Assembly (NCBI GenBank): GCA_002189035.1
Contig: NEEC01000013.1
Location: 2,914,001 to 2,978,000 of the forward strand
DNA from: Utricularia gibba
Taxonomy: Eukaryota > Plantae > Magnoliophyta
Direction of reading: 5' to 3'
Length of the DNA stretch: 64,000 nt
The notes under the pieces are model-generated. The model saw only the letters and a program-made list of their open reading frames with translations. It was not told the DNA's origin and did not search any database. Both the position numbers and the translations under genes were made by a program. This document shows positions 1 to 14,026 of the stretch, piece by piece. Position 1 is the stretch's first letter. Each line of letters begins with the position of its first letter.

Positions 1-2781
1 CACTTAGAGAAGATTGCAAAAGCCTTGTAAGTTTAGAATCTCGATAGGGAATGTGGGATGCTTTCCCTTCACTAAGCTTCCCAATAACCTGAAAATCAAC
101 CGATTTCAGAATTTAACACGAGAGTGGAAATGATACAAGATAAAGGAAGAACACAGTGTAGTCACATAAGTTTGCAGAGTGTGGAACTGGTTTGGATGAA
201 AACCATTTCAATTCAAAGGGCAATTCAAAATACTAACAGTGCCTAGCGTCAGCAAACTTTTATTGATGTATGATCCTTCCTTTCTTCTCAAGCCAATTGT
301 TTCAGTTTTTGAACTTTCAGATCCTGCTAGATCAATCAGGTTCTGCATATAGAGGAGCTGCTGAATAATTTCTGCTAGCAATTACTGATATAAATCATTC
401 CAGATGACGAAAAAATATGTATAATTACCAGCTGTGAGAACGTCACTCCATCGTAATCATCTCCATGTGCACTACTCTCAATCATCTAAAGCAATTCAAT
501 TTTAAATATTAAAAGGACCGGACAAGTAACAAGTATCACAAACACATTGATTAAAGAAAGTTGAAAACGGGAGGTGGTTGTGAGATAGCATATTTAGAAA
601 AAGGATGAGAATGTGCTAAGATAACCAACTAATTTGCAGGTACCAAAAGCTTGATGAATTTACCGCAAAGAATAGATCATTTAGAATGATTACTCCTTGT
701 GTAAAGGGAATGTCAAAGTTCATGGAATATCGCCTCTCAAGTGCACAGTATAAACATACCATTTTTAATGCTAATGCATCATTGTCATAGGATATGTTAA
801 CAACCTGGTCAGTAACATTTTCAAATATGCTACACGTACCAAGGTGAATATAGTATGACTACGGCTGCTGAATAGGTTGAAATTATTTGATCCAACATGC
901 CGATGCTCTGTGAAGGCCAATGATTGTTGCACAATTATTGTGGAAGCCATGAAACTTGTTAGAGAAAATGCATCCTATAGAGCAACTTCCGTTGACTACT
1001 TTTATTAAGAGACCAGCACGTGTGCATTAGTATGAACCAAAACAAGCACCAAGAATAATGGAATCTACCTTCTCCGGCAGCAATGAATGAAAGAGCATGT
1101 CCTGGTGACAAAACGACTTCCTCCTTAATGCCCTCAACGTAAGTTCCCTGTTGACACATGGGATATCAAAATCTGAAGGGCCCAATTGACGAGACATTGT
1201 AAGTAGGAAATAACCTGTGCATCCTCTCTCACACGAAGATTCTGGCCAGTGGGGTCCAGCAAATCATTAATCACCTGGGGGGAAAGACGATAAATGTACA
1301 TGAAAACAGAAAACACTGCAAAACCATATATTGAAACGAGTACTGAATTCAGTATAATGGGATGCCAAGATACGAGGTACTTGAGACTAAACAATTAAAG
1401 CTCAAAATTAACCAACCTCGTTGTAAATTTCAAGATATGAAACCCGGAGTAGAAATTCACGGCCAGGGGTCTGAAAAAAATAACCACCATCAGTACTGAT
1501 GCAATGATCTGATTTCTATAAAACAACCCAGCATAAAAGGATAAATGAAATGCCTTCATCGCCAAACGGATAAAAGTTAACATACATCTTGAATGATGCT
1601 AAAAACATCTTTTATGGCAAGGGGAATGACTCCTGGAGAACTTTGGTCACCCTAATAAATATAAACATGAGTAAAAAACCGTGACAAAAGACATCAAATT
1701 AGTGATATGGTCTTGCAGCATATGAACAATCAATGTACGCTTACATGCATTGTGTGTGTCTTTCCGCTACTAGTAACACCATAAGCAAAAACAGTTCCTG
1801 CAAGTCAGCCTTCCAAGAATTAATACCGGTCGATTAATAGATCTCTCATTGAAAATTTAATCAATAGAATAAGATTCCTTATCGCATGACATGAACGGAT
1901 AAAGAAAACCAGTTACTCGTACCATTTACACCTTCCATGGCAGCCTTGACAACAGGCCGGGCAGCTACTTCATACACTTCATCAGTGCTTGTACTTGGTC
2001 CGAAAACCCTATCTATAATTGCATACAGGACAAGAGATCAAATTGCCAGCCTTACAGAAACCAATTAGGTACAAATCAGATGCTATATCAAATTAATGGG
2101 AATAAAGATAAATATGTGAAGGTAATGAATGGCATATAAATGCATTCAGTTAATAAACCATACAACTCCATGCACGGCGCTACAATAAACATTTTTCTGC
2201 TAAGCCCACAAAGGATTACGTTCACAGGAACAAGAACAGAAGAAATAGCGTACCGAATGCAAACGCAGTTACTGGATTGTACTCATTGCGAACAATTTTC
2301 TCCCCATCTGCATACCATGCGATCTCATCTCCTCTTTGATACTCTCTTTCACTGGAATCACGATCAACAAAGGAATCCAGTTACTCAATTTGCAATTCAA
2401 ATCACAGTATATGCATGCGATCTAAAAATCAATTCAGGCCAGATCTACAATTAACCTCAGCGGTCGAAATCTAATGGTAACAGAAATACTATCTGCCGAT
2501 CTCGATTGACCATCCGCCCTCTCCCCATTCAACTGAGCTTCCATCGACGCGTAACTCACAGGCGTCCTACTCCGGGTATAATCTCCTCTGTTTCTGTTTG
2601 GCGTCGTGGATCTGGACCCGTGACCTCCACTGGCATAAAACGGCGTCGTCGCGGAGCGTGAACGCGGAATCAATCGCCCATTCATCAACGACGACGATGA
2701 AGAAATTGAAGAGTACGGACTGGAAGGTTTACGGTGACCGAAAGGCGAGCTACTTCTTCCTCGTGAAGACGAAGCCGCCAT
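1..2781 (-). CDS. KIN7: Kinesin-7 (CENP-E-like) motor protein, 5' part only; gene continues past the left edge
   Basis: ATG at 2781 ([23 protein letters not shown]). Spliced GT-AG exons give [23 protein letters not shown]-loop [14 protein letters not shown], switch I SSRSH, switch II DLAGSE and [14 protein letters not shown]. Confidence 0.95.
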
Positions 2782-5146
2782 TTCTTCCAATTTCCTACTC
2801 AGCAAATTCAGCTCCAATTAATCTGGAAGCGCGGAAACCGCAACGCAAACAACAGTGCAAGGCAGGGGAGGCAACGGTTAGATTTCAAACGCCTCGAACA
2901 AGCAAGCTAAGCGCCATTGCTCCATTTTCCGAACTCTCAGCAAAATCCTCTCAACTTCAACGAGCTTCACCTCAAAACCACACCGTACCCCTCAGATTCA
3001 CCGAGGGGACACTCCTGGTTTTCGTCTTCTTCAAGACATCGGAGAACAAAGAGAGAGAAGTGCGTGGAGAACTGGTGGCGAGGGAAGGAAAACGACGGAG
3101 AGAGCTTTTCGTTTTACTGCTATTTAAGTAGCTCACTCCCGAGTCCCAACGGAGTTTGAAATTTAAAATACTTGAATACGCATAGTTGATGTCGCCAGAG
3201 CGGTTTTCGTCGTGCCCCAGAAGCGCACAACCGCCACTGCACGTCGTACAACATTTGCTGACTCATCACATCGCGTCTACTAATTAAACTACTTTTATCT
3301 ACCGTAATTTACATCCACCCATGCAGCAAGCATCAAAATACACACACCTAATTTACATGAAAAAATTAGTAATTTTTTAAAAGCGATTTGAATTTAATTT
3401 TCAGGTGCTAAACGCATGGGTCCAATTCGAAAAATTTTGACTGACGGAATGAGCGGGAATGACAGTGACAAAGGGTGCCCCCGCAACATTAAAAGGAAAA
3501 CTGCTTTTCTGGGATGAATTTATTATTAAAAACAACAAACTGAATTTAAATATAATAATATATGGGATGAATTGATTTCATTTAAAAGAATATTTAATTA
3601 AAGATTCTAAACATGATTAGATGTTTCTAAATATAGTCTAAATCATTAATTTATTATCATTTAACCAATATATATCATAAGTCTTTGTTTTAATGACAGA
3701 ATTTAGATATTTATTAATTTTTAAATAATATTTACAAAGGTGTGGAATAATCAATCATAGGTAGGTAGGTGTTCCCACTTTTTATTGTTCTTAAAAGCTA
3801 ACTTGGGGTTTTCAAATCCTACATCGTACCAAAACACACATTTCCATATAAAAATCACTTTTAGCTTAATTGTTTTTAATTATTCCTTATCCCTTCATTT
3901 TATTTCATCTTTGTGGAGATCATAGCTTCATCTTATTTATGTTTTTTACAGCATGTAGAGTTTGAGTTGAGTTGAGTTGTGATGAGATGGACAACAAACA
4001 AAGGAACCACTCATAGACAATGGTACTTGGTGACTCACTCAATGGGATGCATGTGAGGGTTTTGATTAGGCCGTACTCCATATTTTTTTAACCTTAGTCT
4101 TTGTAATCATCACAAAAATATTAATGAAAATTAAAATTGTAAAATGATATAAAAAAATTGGAGAATAGGAAAATTTATTTTTTAAAATAAATTCTCTGAA
4201 TTTTGGACTTATTTTAATGAGTGAACTAAAAAAATATACAGTGTATTCATTTAATTGTAGCAACTGAACAAGAAAGCAATGGAAGCCCATAGAAGCCCAT
4301 GGGGAGGGCCCAAAAACATCGTACGGTTTACGTAATTTTCAGTTTACCTGGAAAAATAAAAATGAAAGAGAGAGAAATAAAGGAATGGGAAAGGGAACAG
4401 GGAACGTGGTTGCGCTCCACTCGTAACGATTGGTCAGTGCCAGCTGTCGCCCAATGTATCCCCGAACAACATGAAATATCTCCATTGCAGCCTCTGCACA
4501 ACTGATCGGTGTGTGGGAATGGGTGTGGCTTCGTCGGAGAATGTATATTTAATTTCTCGATTTTGCTATTTAATGCGAAAACCAGTGATGGGTCTTCGTT
4601 GATTTTGGGTTTTTTTGGTGGTTTGTCTTTACAGTTCATCAACGCGCGTTCGGCATTCTTTCCTTGTTGAATCTTCCAGGCTTTTCGTTGTCTGTGTCGT
4701 CTGCTTGGTTTCTTCCCAGTCGCTATCAGATCTGCGTCTTCCAGTTCTTTTGGGAACTCCGGGAAAGTAGTAAAGCCGCGTTGTTTTGAGGTGGGTTTCC
4801 TTAGGTTTGACTTTTTCTTGGAATGTTTTCTTAGGTTTGCCTTTTGGTATCATCTTTTATGGATTTGGCGCCCCGCGATGTGGGATCTTATCATTATGCG
4901 GAAATTGCAGGTGAAATCTTGAGGAGGATTTGAAGTAATTGGAATTTGCCGGCTGGGGATACTCTTCTGTTTAGTTGTGATCTGGGGTTTGTGGGAAATT
5001 GAATAAAAATAGTACCAATCACTTTGTGTCGACTTAAAGTTTAGGGAGGAGGACATCAGTAATGTTGCTTGTCGTTGAGTTCTACTTAGAATTCTGAATT
5101 TCGTTTCCAAAAATTGCTAGCTTAGTTAGTTCGAAGGTGTTCGTCG

Positions 5147-7144
5147 ATGGGATCTAGGAAAGATAGGCAGAGTAATCGTGGAGATCTTGTGCCTTTAGCT
5201 GCACTGATATCTAGGGAGTTCAAGAATGAGAAGCTGGAGAAACCAACCGTAAGGTATGGCTCTGCTGCACAGTCCAGGAAGGGGGAAGATTACTTCTTGA
5301 TGAGAAGTGACTGTCAGCGAGTTCCCGGAAGTCAATCATCATCATTCTCCGTTTTTGGGGTATGCAATTTGTAGTTGTTTTCAATCTCCAGTTTGATATG
5401 TTTGATGAAATTTGAAAGCTTTCACTGGCTCATCAAAATTTTCTGATAGACTCTTGGGTAACTTCTGATGTTCCTTGTATTGATATTATCTTCTTTCAGA
5501 TTTTTGATGGGCATAACGGGAGTGCAGCAGCCATTTTTTCAAGAGATCATTTGTTAAACTATGTTTTGGATGCCATTCCTCATGGCCTCGATCGGGATGA
5601 ATGGCTTCATGCCTTACCACGTGCCTTGGTAGCAGGATTTGTTAAAACTGACAAGGTTTTTCAGAGTAAAGGCACGTTATTTCTCATATTAAATGTTGTA
5701 TGTGAACTGAGTTAATCGGAAAGAGGGTCTTTATGAATAGTTGTTCGTGGAAGCTGATACCTCATATCTCCGCTGTGCGCAGGAAAAACTTCTGGGACTA
5801 CGGCAACATTCGTGATAGTCGATGGCTGGACAGTTACAGTGGCATCAGTTGGGGATTCACGCTGTATCCTAGATTGCCCAGGCAGTGGAGTATCTGTTCT
5901 GACAGTTGATCATAGGCTTGAAGAAAATGCAGAAGAGTACGCTTCTTTTATCTTGGCGGTCTTTCTTATTGCACTTCATTGTTGATCTTTAATCTCATAT
6001 CCGATTTTACAGAAGAGAGCGTGTAACAGCAAGCGGGGGTGAAGTTGGGAGGCTTAGTCTTTGTGGTGGTACTGAGGTGAGATATCCCGAAGTCTGTTTG
6101 TGTAGTAGAATTCTTTTCCGAGCTGATTCATTGGAAGATGCGCATCCCTTGTTTTGGGTTGAAAAGCAGCCACGCAGTACTGTACTATTTTCGTATTCAC
6201 TGCTTTATCTCCAGGTTGGTCCTCTTCGTTGTTGGCCCGGAGGTCTATGCCTCTCAAGATCAATTGGGGACATGGATGTTGGCGAATTCATTGTACCTGT
6301 GCCATATGTCAAGCAAGTAAAAGTGAGCCTCCAAATCTCAGTCCTACTTCAGTGTTCTTTTGTATCCCACATTTACTTTTCTCCGCATCTCTGACATTTC
6401 CATTGCTGTGAAGTTGTCCAGCACTGGTGGAAGGCTGATTATCGCCTCTGATGGCGTTTGGGATGCACTTTCATCAGAAACTGCAGCAAAATGTTGCCGT
6501 GGATTGCCTTCAGAACTTGCTGCTAGACAAGTTGTCAAGGTAATATAAATTTAAGTCTGACCGGTAATAATGAGATCCAGAGTTGGTGAAATCTGATGGA
6601 CTGTGAAATATAGGAAACATTGCGCACAAACGGGCTGAAGGATGACACGACTTGCATTGTAGTCGACATAATCCCTCCAGACAACACTACCACAGAGCTG
6701 CCGCCTCCACCTCCACCGAAAAAATACAGCAAGCTTAAGGCTTTCTTTTCAGGGAAGCAGTGTTTTTGGTCTGCTAACAAATTGTCAATGAAACTGTCAT
6801 CAGTTGGGATCGTGGAGGAATTGTTTGAAGAGGGATCGGCAATGCTTGCTGAGAGGTTGGTATCTGGTATTCTGGTGTCCCCACGGTCTGATGTTCACGC
6901 CCGATGATCTTTGGCATTGGACAGGTTGGGACACGATGACCCGGGGGCAGAAGCGAATGGTGGCTTGTTCGTGTGCGCCATCTGCCAGGCGGATCTCGCC
7001 CCGCACGAGGGGATCTCGGTTCACGCGGGCTCCATTTTCTCCATGAGCTCGAAGCCATGGCAAGGCCCATTTCTGTGTGCAGATTGCAGAAACAAGAAGG
7101 ACGCCATGGAAGGGAAACGACCCAGCGGAGTCAAAGTCGTATAA
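5147..7144 (+). CDS. Protein phosphatase 2C (clade H-like), 8 exons, C-terminal CxxC...CxxC tail
   Basis: Exons about 5147-5359, 5500-5671, 5783-5936, 6013-6077, 6215-6322, 6414-6539, 6614-6856, 6924-7144. PP2C motifs IFDGHNG, VASVGDS, LSRSIGD, IASDGVWD, KDDTT. Intron 2 has a GC donor. Confidence 0.95.
5672..5782 (+). other. GC-AG intron in PP2C
   Basis: AAAG|GCACGT...GCGCAG|GA. Only this donor joins FQSKG to KTSGTT in frame; the nearby GT at 5676 gives a frameshift. Confidence 0.85.
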
Positions 7145-7435
7145 CAGGATGATAGCTAGCCCGGCTCGTCATCACAATTCATTGATTCATCAGGAATTCA
7201 TTTTTCTTGTTGTTGTCGTCCACTGTTTTTTTGTTCCTGGTTAGGCAACCCATTGTATTGTTTTGGACATCATTGTCGATATCGAATAAAATACCAGTCT
7301 GCCCTCGCGAGTTGCTGGACATCTAATATGCCCCTGATTTGTAAGGCGTTTTTTGGCCCTGTCCTAATCCAAGAAAAAAGGTGGCATTTCTGTGTTGTTT
7401 TTTTCTTGTGTGGGTGCGTGTAGTTCACTCGATCT

Positions 7436-10400
7436 ATGGCTTTCTCCTCTCGCCGCGCCGGCGGAGGCTGGGCGTCATCTCTCCTGCCGACGGCAAGATA
7501 CGGAGGAAAGCAAAATAGGAAGCTGAGGAAGCGGGGAGCGGGCGCCGTTATCGATTTCGTGATATCCAATTTTTTCACGATTGGTCTCGGGATAACGATC
7601 ACGTTCTTTCTCGTCATTGTCTTTCGATTCGCCGCTGCTCCGAACCCTCTACGTTTTCGCGGCTCATCTCAGTTTAGATCGTTTAGGACTCGGAAGCCCG
7701 TAGCTCATAAATCTCCCAATGCTACTAATTTGGCGGCATCCGTTGACATCACTACCAAAGACTTATATGACAAGATCCAGTTCCTGGATGAGGATGGCGG
7801 CGCGTGGAAACAGGGGTGGCGTGTAACTTATCGAGGGAATGAATGGGATGAGGAGAAACTGAAGATTTTCGTGGTGCCCCATTCCCACAATGATCCTGGG
7901 TGGAAGCTCACGGTTGATGAGTATTATGAGCGTCAGTCCAGGCACATCATTGATACTATCGTGGAGACGCTATCTAAGGTTATATCATTTTTTCCCCCTT
8001 AATTCACCTGAATGCTCAAGTTTGAAGCTTTTAGTGATGGAAGCATAAAATGTTTGACTTCTCCATTTTTCTTAGGTATTCTCTGAAAGTTTGTTGAAGG
8101 TTTCTGTTAAATTCGCTGGCATTTAGGTGCAAATAAACTTGACTGGCTATTGTGGCTTGCAGGACACTAGAAGAAAGTTCATATGGGAAGAAATGTCTTA
8201 CTTGGAGAAGTGGTGGAGAGATACCTCGGATGTGAAAAGGGATTCCTTCATCAACTTGGTGAGAAGTGGGCAGCTCGAAATAGTTGGAGGTGGATGGGTG
8301 ATGAATGATGAGGTAGAGAAGACCGGGATTTTGTAGCTGTCTGTGTCATTCTATCCGATTTTATGTATAGGAAATTCCTTATGTCTGTATTTTTCATACT
8401 GATGAATTCTGAAGCTTCATGTTAAAAAATGGAGGGTTTGTCTTCTAACATACTTTTCTTTGTAACTTTCTGCAGGCTAATTCACATTATTTTGCCATAA
8501 TTGAACAGGTATAGTATAATGGAACTGTACTTTTATGCTATGTTTATCTACAGAATAGTTATTTTCCTCCCGTCTCATATTTCCTCACTTTTGAAATGAG
8601 TATTTCAGATTACAGAGGGAAACTTGTGGCTAAATGAAACTGTGGGTGTTGTTCCAAAGAATTCGTGGTCAATAGATCCATTTGGATATTCATCCACGAT
8701 GTCTTATCTTCTTCGTCGCATGGGTTTTGAGAACATGCTTATTCAGAGAACGCATTATGAGCTGAAGAAGGAGCTAGCGTTGCACAAGAATTTGGAGTAT
8801 GTTTGGAGGCAGAACTGGGATGCTGATGAAACAACTGATATCTTTGTTCACATGATGCCCTTTTACTCTTATGATATTCCACATACCTGTGGACCGGAGC
8901 CTGCTGTTTGTTGTCAGTTTGACTTTGCCCGGATGCCTGGGTTTGTTTATGAGCGTTGTCCCTGGGGAAAACATCCTGTAGAGACTGACCAGGAAAATGT
9001 GAAGGAGCGGGCCCTTACATTGTTGGATCAGTACAGAAAAAAGTCAACACTTTACCGAACTAATACGCTTCTTGTTCCACTTGGTGATGACTTTCGCTAT
9101 ATTGGAATTGATGAAGCTGAAGCTCAGTTTAGGAATTACCAGTCCCTGTTCGATTATATCAACTCCGATCCTAGCTTGCATGCTGAAGCTCAGTTTGGTA
9201 CTTTAGATGACTATTTTCGTACGCTACGTGATGAGGTCGATAGGAGAAATTATTCACGAACTGGTGAAATAGGCTCTGGTGAGATCAGTGGTTTCCCCTC
9301 CTTAACAGGTGATTTCTTCACCTACGCTGATAGAAATGAAGATTATTGGAGTGGTTACTATGTTTCTAGGCCTTTCTTCAAGGCTGTTGACCGTGTACTG
9401 GAGCAAACACTACGTGGTGCTGAAATGATGATGACTTTTCTTTTAGGATACTGCCACAAAATACAGTGTGAGAGGCTACCTAGTAGTTTTTCGTACAAGT
9501 TGACCTCTGCTAGGCGAAATTTAGCCCTTTTTCAGCATCATGATGGTGTGACAGGTACAGCCAAAGATCATGTGGTCAAGGATTATGGGGTGCGGATGCA
9601 TTTGGCTCTGCATGATTTGCAAATTTTTATGTCCAAAGCTGTTGAAGTTCTATTAGGAATTCGCCATGACAAGAATGATCAGAATCCGGCAAACTTTGAA
9701 CCTGCACAAACAAGATCTGCATATGATGCTCAACCCGTTCATAAGGCTATTAGTGCTCGTGAAGGTACTGTGCAGACTGTAGTAGTTTTCAACCCAGTGG
9801 AGCAAACAAGGGATGAGATAGTGATGTTGGTAGTTGAAAGGCCGGATGTCACAGTATTGGACTCCAACTGGACCTGTATCAAGAGTCAGATCTCTCCTGA
9901 ACTACACCCTGATCAAAAGGTGATGTTTACTGGAAGACATCGGCTTTATTGGAAATCATCCATTCCTGCTTTGGGCTTGCAGACTTACTATGTTGCGAAT
10001 GGTTTCGTTGGATGTGAGAAGGCCAAACCAGCAGCCCTGAGAATATTAGGTCAGTCTCAGCAACCCTCATGCCCAACCTCTTATGCCTGTTCTGTTATAG
10101 AGGGCGACACAGTTGATATTGGTAATCAACATTTGACACTTTCATTTAGTGCACAGTATGGTTTGCTACAAAAGATAAGCCAAAAGGATGGCCACTCGAA
10201 CATTGTGGGAGAAGAAATAGCAATGTATTCTAGCACTGAAAGTGGAGCCTATCTCTTTAAGCCAAATGGTGATGCAGAGCCCCTCTCGCTTCCTGTTGGA
10301 CAATTGGTGATTTCTGAGGGCCATTTGGTTCAGGAGTGCCATTCCTACCCGAAAACAAAATGGGACAAGGCCCCTATCTCTCACAGCACCCGTGTATATA

Positions 10401-11347
10401 ACATCGAGAACACCATACAAGCGTTCATTATTGAGAAAGAGTATCATGTTGAGCTTGTGGGGCATGACTACGATAACAAGGAGCTTGTCGTTAGATACAA
10501 GACTGACATCTATAACAATAGAATCTTTTACTCTGATCTGAATGGTTTCCAGATGAGTCGCAGGGAAACTTATGACAAGATACCTGTGCAGGGTAATTAC
10601 TACCCGATGCCTTCTCTTGCATTTATTCAAAGCTCCAGAGGAGAACGGTTTTCTGTTCACACTAAGCAGTCCTTGGGTGCTGCAACCTTAAAAGATGGAT
10701 GGCTGGAAGTCATGCTTGATCGCCGACTGGTTAAGGATGATGGGCGTGGTCTGGGCCAAGGTGTGCTGGATAATCATCCCATGAATGTGATTTTCCACTT
10801 GACTGTTGAATTCAACATTTCAGCACCTGCAGATCCCATCTCAAAATCTCACCCTTTGAATCCAACCTTGTTCTCTCATCTGGTTGGTGCTCATCTGAAC
10901 CACCCAATGCACATCTTCATTGCTAAGAGCCCTGAATCTATATCTGCGCAGCCACCACCAAGATCCTTCTCTCCTTTGGCAGCCTCATTGCCGTGTGATC
11001 TGCATGTTGTGAACTTGAAGGTGATTCGGCCTATGAGTTACTCGCAGCAGCTCCCGGGAGAGCCCAAGTTCGCCCTCGTCCTGCATAGGAGACACTGGGA
11101 TTCTTCGTATTGTAGAAGGGGCAGGGTGCAGTGCTCCACTATGGCCCATGAGGCTGTAAATTTGTTTGACATGTTCAGAGGCATCACGGTGTTGAGTGCA
11201 AAACCAACCTCCATCAATCTTCTTCATGATGACACTGACCTGCTCGGCTACAACGAGCATTTTGCAGTGGGAGCTCAGGAAGGTCACGTACTTATCTCTC
11301 CCATGGAAATACAAGCCTACAAGCTTCATCTACAGCTTCAGGAGTAG
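7436..11347 (+). CDS. GMII: Golgi alpha-mannosidase II (GH38), type II membrane protein
   Basis: Exons 7436-7978, 8163-8312, 8476-8508, 8609-11347. N-terminal TM anchor (FFTIGLGITITFFLVIVF); GH38 motifs VVPHSHNDPGW, GGGWVMNDEA, IDPFG, FQHHDGVTGT. Confidence 0.97.
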
Positions 11348-11551
11348 TGTGCCGCAGCTTGGCAGCACGTATACCCATGAATCATGTGAATTATGGGCAG
11401 AATCGCTTGATGCTTCTGCACAGTCAACAAATAGGGGGAGACAAATCTTCCCACTGAGAGGAAGTTCGCACAGAGAGCTTGGAACTGGGGTTTTGTAGAA
11501 CTAGATTGTGATTTTGTACATGTACTCCAAGGAAGTCGTTTTCTGCTTCAG

Positions 11552-11568
11552 GCTGCTGCTGCTGCTGC
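11552..11568. repeat. (GCT)5 microsatellite in the GMII 3' region / LBD promoter
   Basis: gctgctgctgctgctgc. Confidence 0.8.
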
Positions 11569-11931
11569 GTCACTGTTTGTCTGGTTAAGAGAGGTTTGAC
11601 TCAGCACACAGAGTATGACTTGTGAATGAATGTATGTGCTTAACTTAGTTTGAATGTTTATTCGATCCTGCAATGGATGTTCTCATGATTTGGTCATTCC
11701 CTGTGCAGATTCGTACACTGTGTGCTGCATTATACGCAATAATCAAACTTTTGATTTCCCCCACTTGAATATTTTCCCTTTATAAAGAAGATGCTGTCAC
11801 TCTTTTTCAGGAGCCGAAGATTTATTCCTCGTCGTGGCTCCCTCTTTTTCCTCCCTTTTCTCGGCATACTTCCGGTTCCCAACAGTTTCCTGCTTCGCTT
11901 TTTATTCGTTCGTCATCTTTTACCTTTTGGC

Positions 11932-12672
11932 ATGAGAATGAGCTGCAACGGCTGCAGGGTTTTGCGCAAAGGCTGCTCCCCTGAGTGTACTCTCAGACCC
12001 TGTCTTGATTGGATCCCCTCCCCGGCTTCCCAGGCCAACGCCGTCCTCTTCCTCGCCAAGTTCTACGGCCGCGCCGGCCTTGTCAACCTCATCAACGCCG
12101 GCCTCGGCAATCTCCACCCTGGTCAGTCGCTACCCATAAAATTGGCAGGGAATGGTTTCAATTTTAAATTGTTTTGTATTAGTAAATGAGTATGGGAGCT
12201 GAGAAATGTAGCATTTGTAGAGATTTTCAAGTCATTGCTGTACGAAGCCTGTGGGCGTATCATCAATCCGGTGGGAGGAGCTACGGGGCTGATGGGTTCT
12301 GGAGAATGGGCACGGTGTCAGGCTGCCGTCGACGCCGTCCTCGACGGTTCAACGCTCTTGACGGAAGTATCAGGGGACGAAGACTCCGGAGGTCTCCTGT
12401 GGGACCCAGTTCAAAGCTGCAACATCCGCCGCATAAAGCGGTCCCCAGCCTCCAGTTCTACGGCAGCAGCCGCCACAAACGAGGCACCGGAAAAGTTCAC
12501 AATCACGGGGTGGGAAGGCAGAGGAGACGACAACAACTTCACGTCTACCGGGAATGTGGAGAGAGCGCTGCGGACCCCAACCCCTCCGCCGGTTCCCCGG
12601 GAACCCGACGAGGCTCCGTCCCCTGAACCCCCACTGGAGTTGACTCTAGGCGCAAAAATGAGTCATCTATAA
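11932..12672 (+). CDS. Class II LOB-domain transcription factor (LBD40/41/42-like) with C-terminal EAR-like LELTL
   Basis: Exons 11932-12121 and 12221-12672. C-block [18 protein letters not shown] block [26 protein letters not shown], ends [12 protein letters not shown]. Confidence 0.95.
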
Positions 12673-14026
12673 CTCCTTCCCAAGTCTGCGTACGTTATTT
12701 CTGTGTAATGGCGACGTCCCGGCGCCGGCACGTTGTGTGCGTTGTACGGCAGGTGGAGGTTACTCCCAACTGCAGTCTGAACAACGGGAGTGTGGCTGGT
12801 GGACGCCTTTCTTTCTTTTTTTTTCGAAAGCTGTCAATAATTTTATTAATCATAACCCATTTTAAAAATTAGAAATATAAATAAATTTAAAGCAGGACAA
12901 ATACGTAACTCCCCAACTTCGTGTTGCATTCCATTAGGATTTCATTTTTTAATCATAATATAAATCATTAAAATTAGAATTCTCTTCCGTTAACTAACAC
13001 AAAACGACGACGCACTGTAGAGTAGATCGGATCTTACGTTACGCTTTATTATTTGCAGCATCGTCGTACTATTATAATGTTGCATTAAATAGCCGAACAG
13101 ATGGACATATGTTGCAAGAGATGTATGTATCTGCCTCTGCATTTCTTTTTATATAAATAATTGTGCTTGTTGGCATTTTTTTTATATCAATTTTTGGTTC
13201 TGTTGTCCAATCAAGCGAGTTTAAAAATGGATTTAATGATTGATTTCTTTTTATAACACTTTTAATCAATTTTTTTTTATAAAATTTACTATAAAATATT
13301 GAAAAATGAAAAATCATTGCCCATGCTAAGACTTTCAAATTTAATTACAGTAATAATTTGAAGACATTGGTCCTACCACCCCATTGGCTGATTAAATTAA
13401 TATTATATAAAAAAAGATAAGTAATATAAAACATCAGGTGGAAGCATTTTAAAATACTTTCCATGAATGACCCCCCATCTGTTTCCTTCATTGATTTGAA
13501 TTTTCCATGGCAATAATTTTATTAAAAAAAAGATTTAATAATTTATATTTCACGGCCCAACCCATTTCTTGAATATTTTTGTATTTTAAAATCCACTAGT
13601 TAATCATCACGAACATGCTAAGTAATTAATACTCGAGACCATCAATTCGGTATTGGGGTCCAATTTTAACACATCACTACTCATTCTTGGATGGTAAAAA
13701 AAATTGTCAAAAAAATAAAACTGGGAGAATATGTAGACTGCAATCAGGATGTGTGTTTGTTTGATCAGAGTGGGGCTGCCTCGCAAGGCAAGAAAGGGGG
13801 TGGGAAAGATGATGGATTCAAGAGATCCTCTTTTTAGAGCTTCCCGACTCATGCAAACAACTACAGATTCTTGCTTCTTATAACCCCCCCACCACCCCCC
13901 CTATGTATATTCTATTCTGCAGCAGGGTTTTCCAGGAACCATGTTCTTTTTTTCCAGGAAACCAGTAGTTGTCCCAGTGCCGTCTTCAGCCTTTGAAGGA
14001 ACAACACCAGGTTCTCCTATCCGCAG

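Noticed and set aside
4071-4326. CCGTAC/GTACGG inverted ends around AT-rich DNA, MITE-like
   Set aside because: The inverted repeat is only 6 bp and there is no target-site duplication.
10166-11329. Long antisense ORFs within mannosidase II (164 aa and 114 aa)
   Set aside because: Shadow frames of a real CDS with no motifs. The same applies to the + ORF at 2598-3131, the antisense ORFs over the aspartic protease, PRP4K and WIT, and most short ORFs in the track.
11348-11931. Searched for a hypoxia element (HRPE, AAACCA[GC][GC][GC]GC) upstream of the class II LBD
   Set aside because: No match found on either strand, so a hypoxia-inducible LBD41-type assignment is unsupported.
13004-13068. Imperfect inverted repeat ACGACGACGC/GCATCGTCGT
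   Set aside because: The interior does not pair; too short for a miRNA precursor or MITE.
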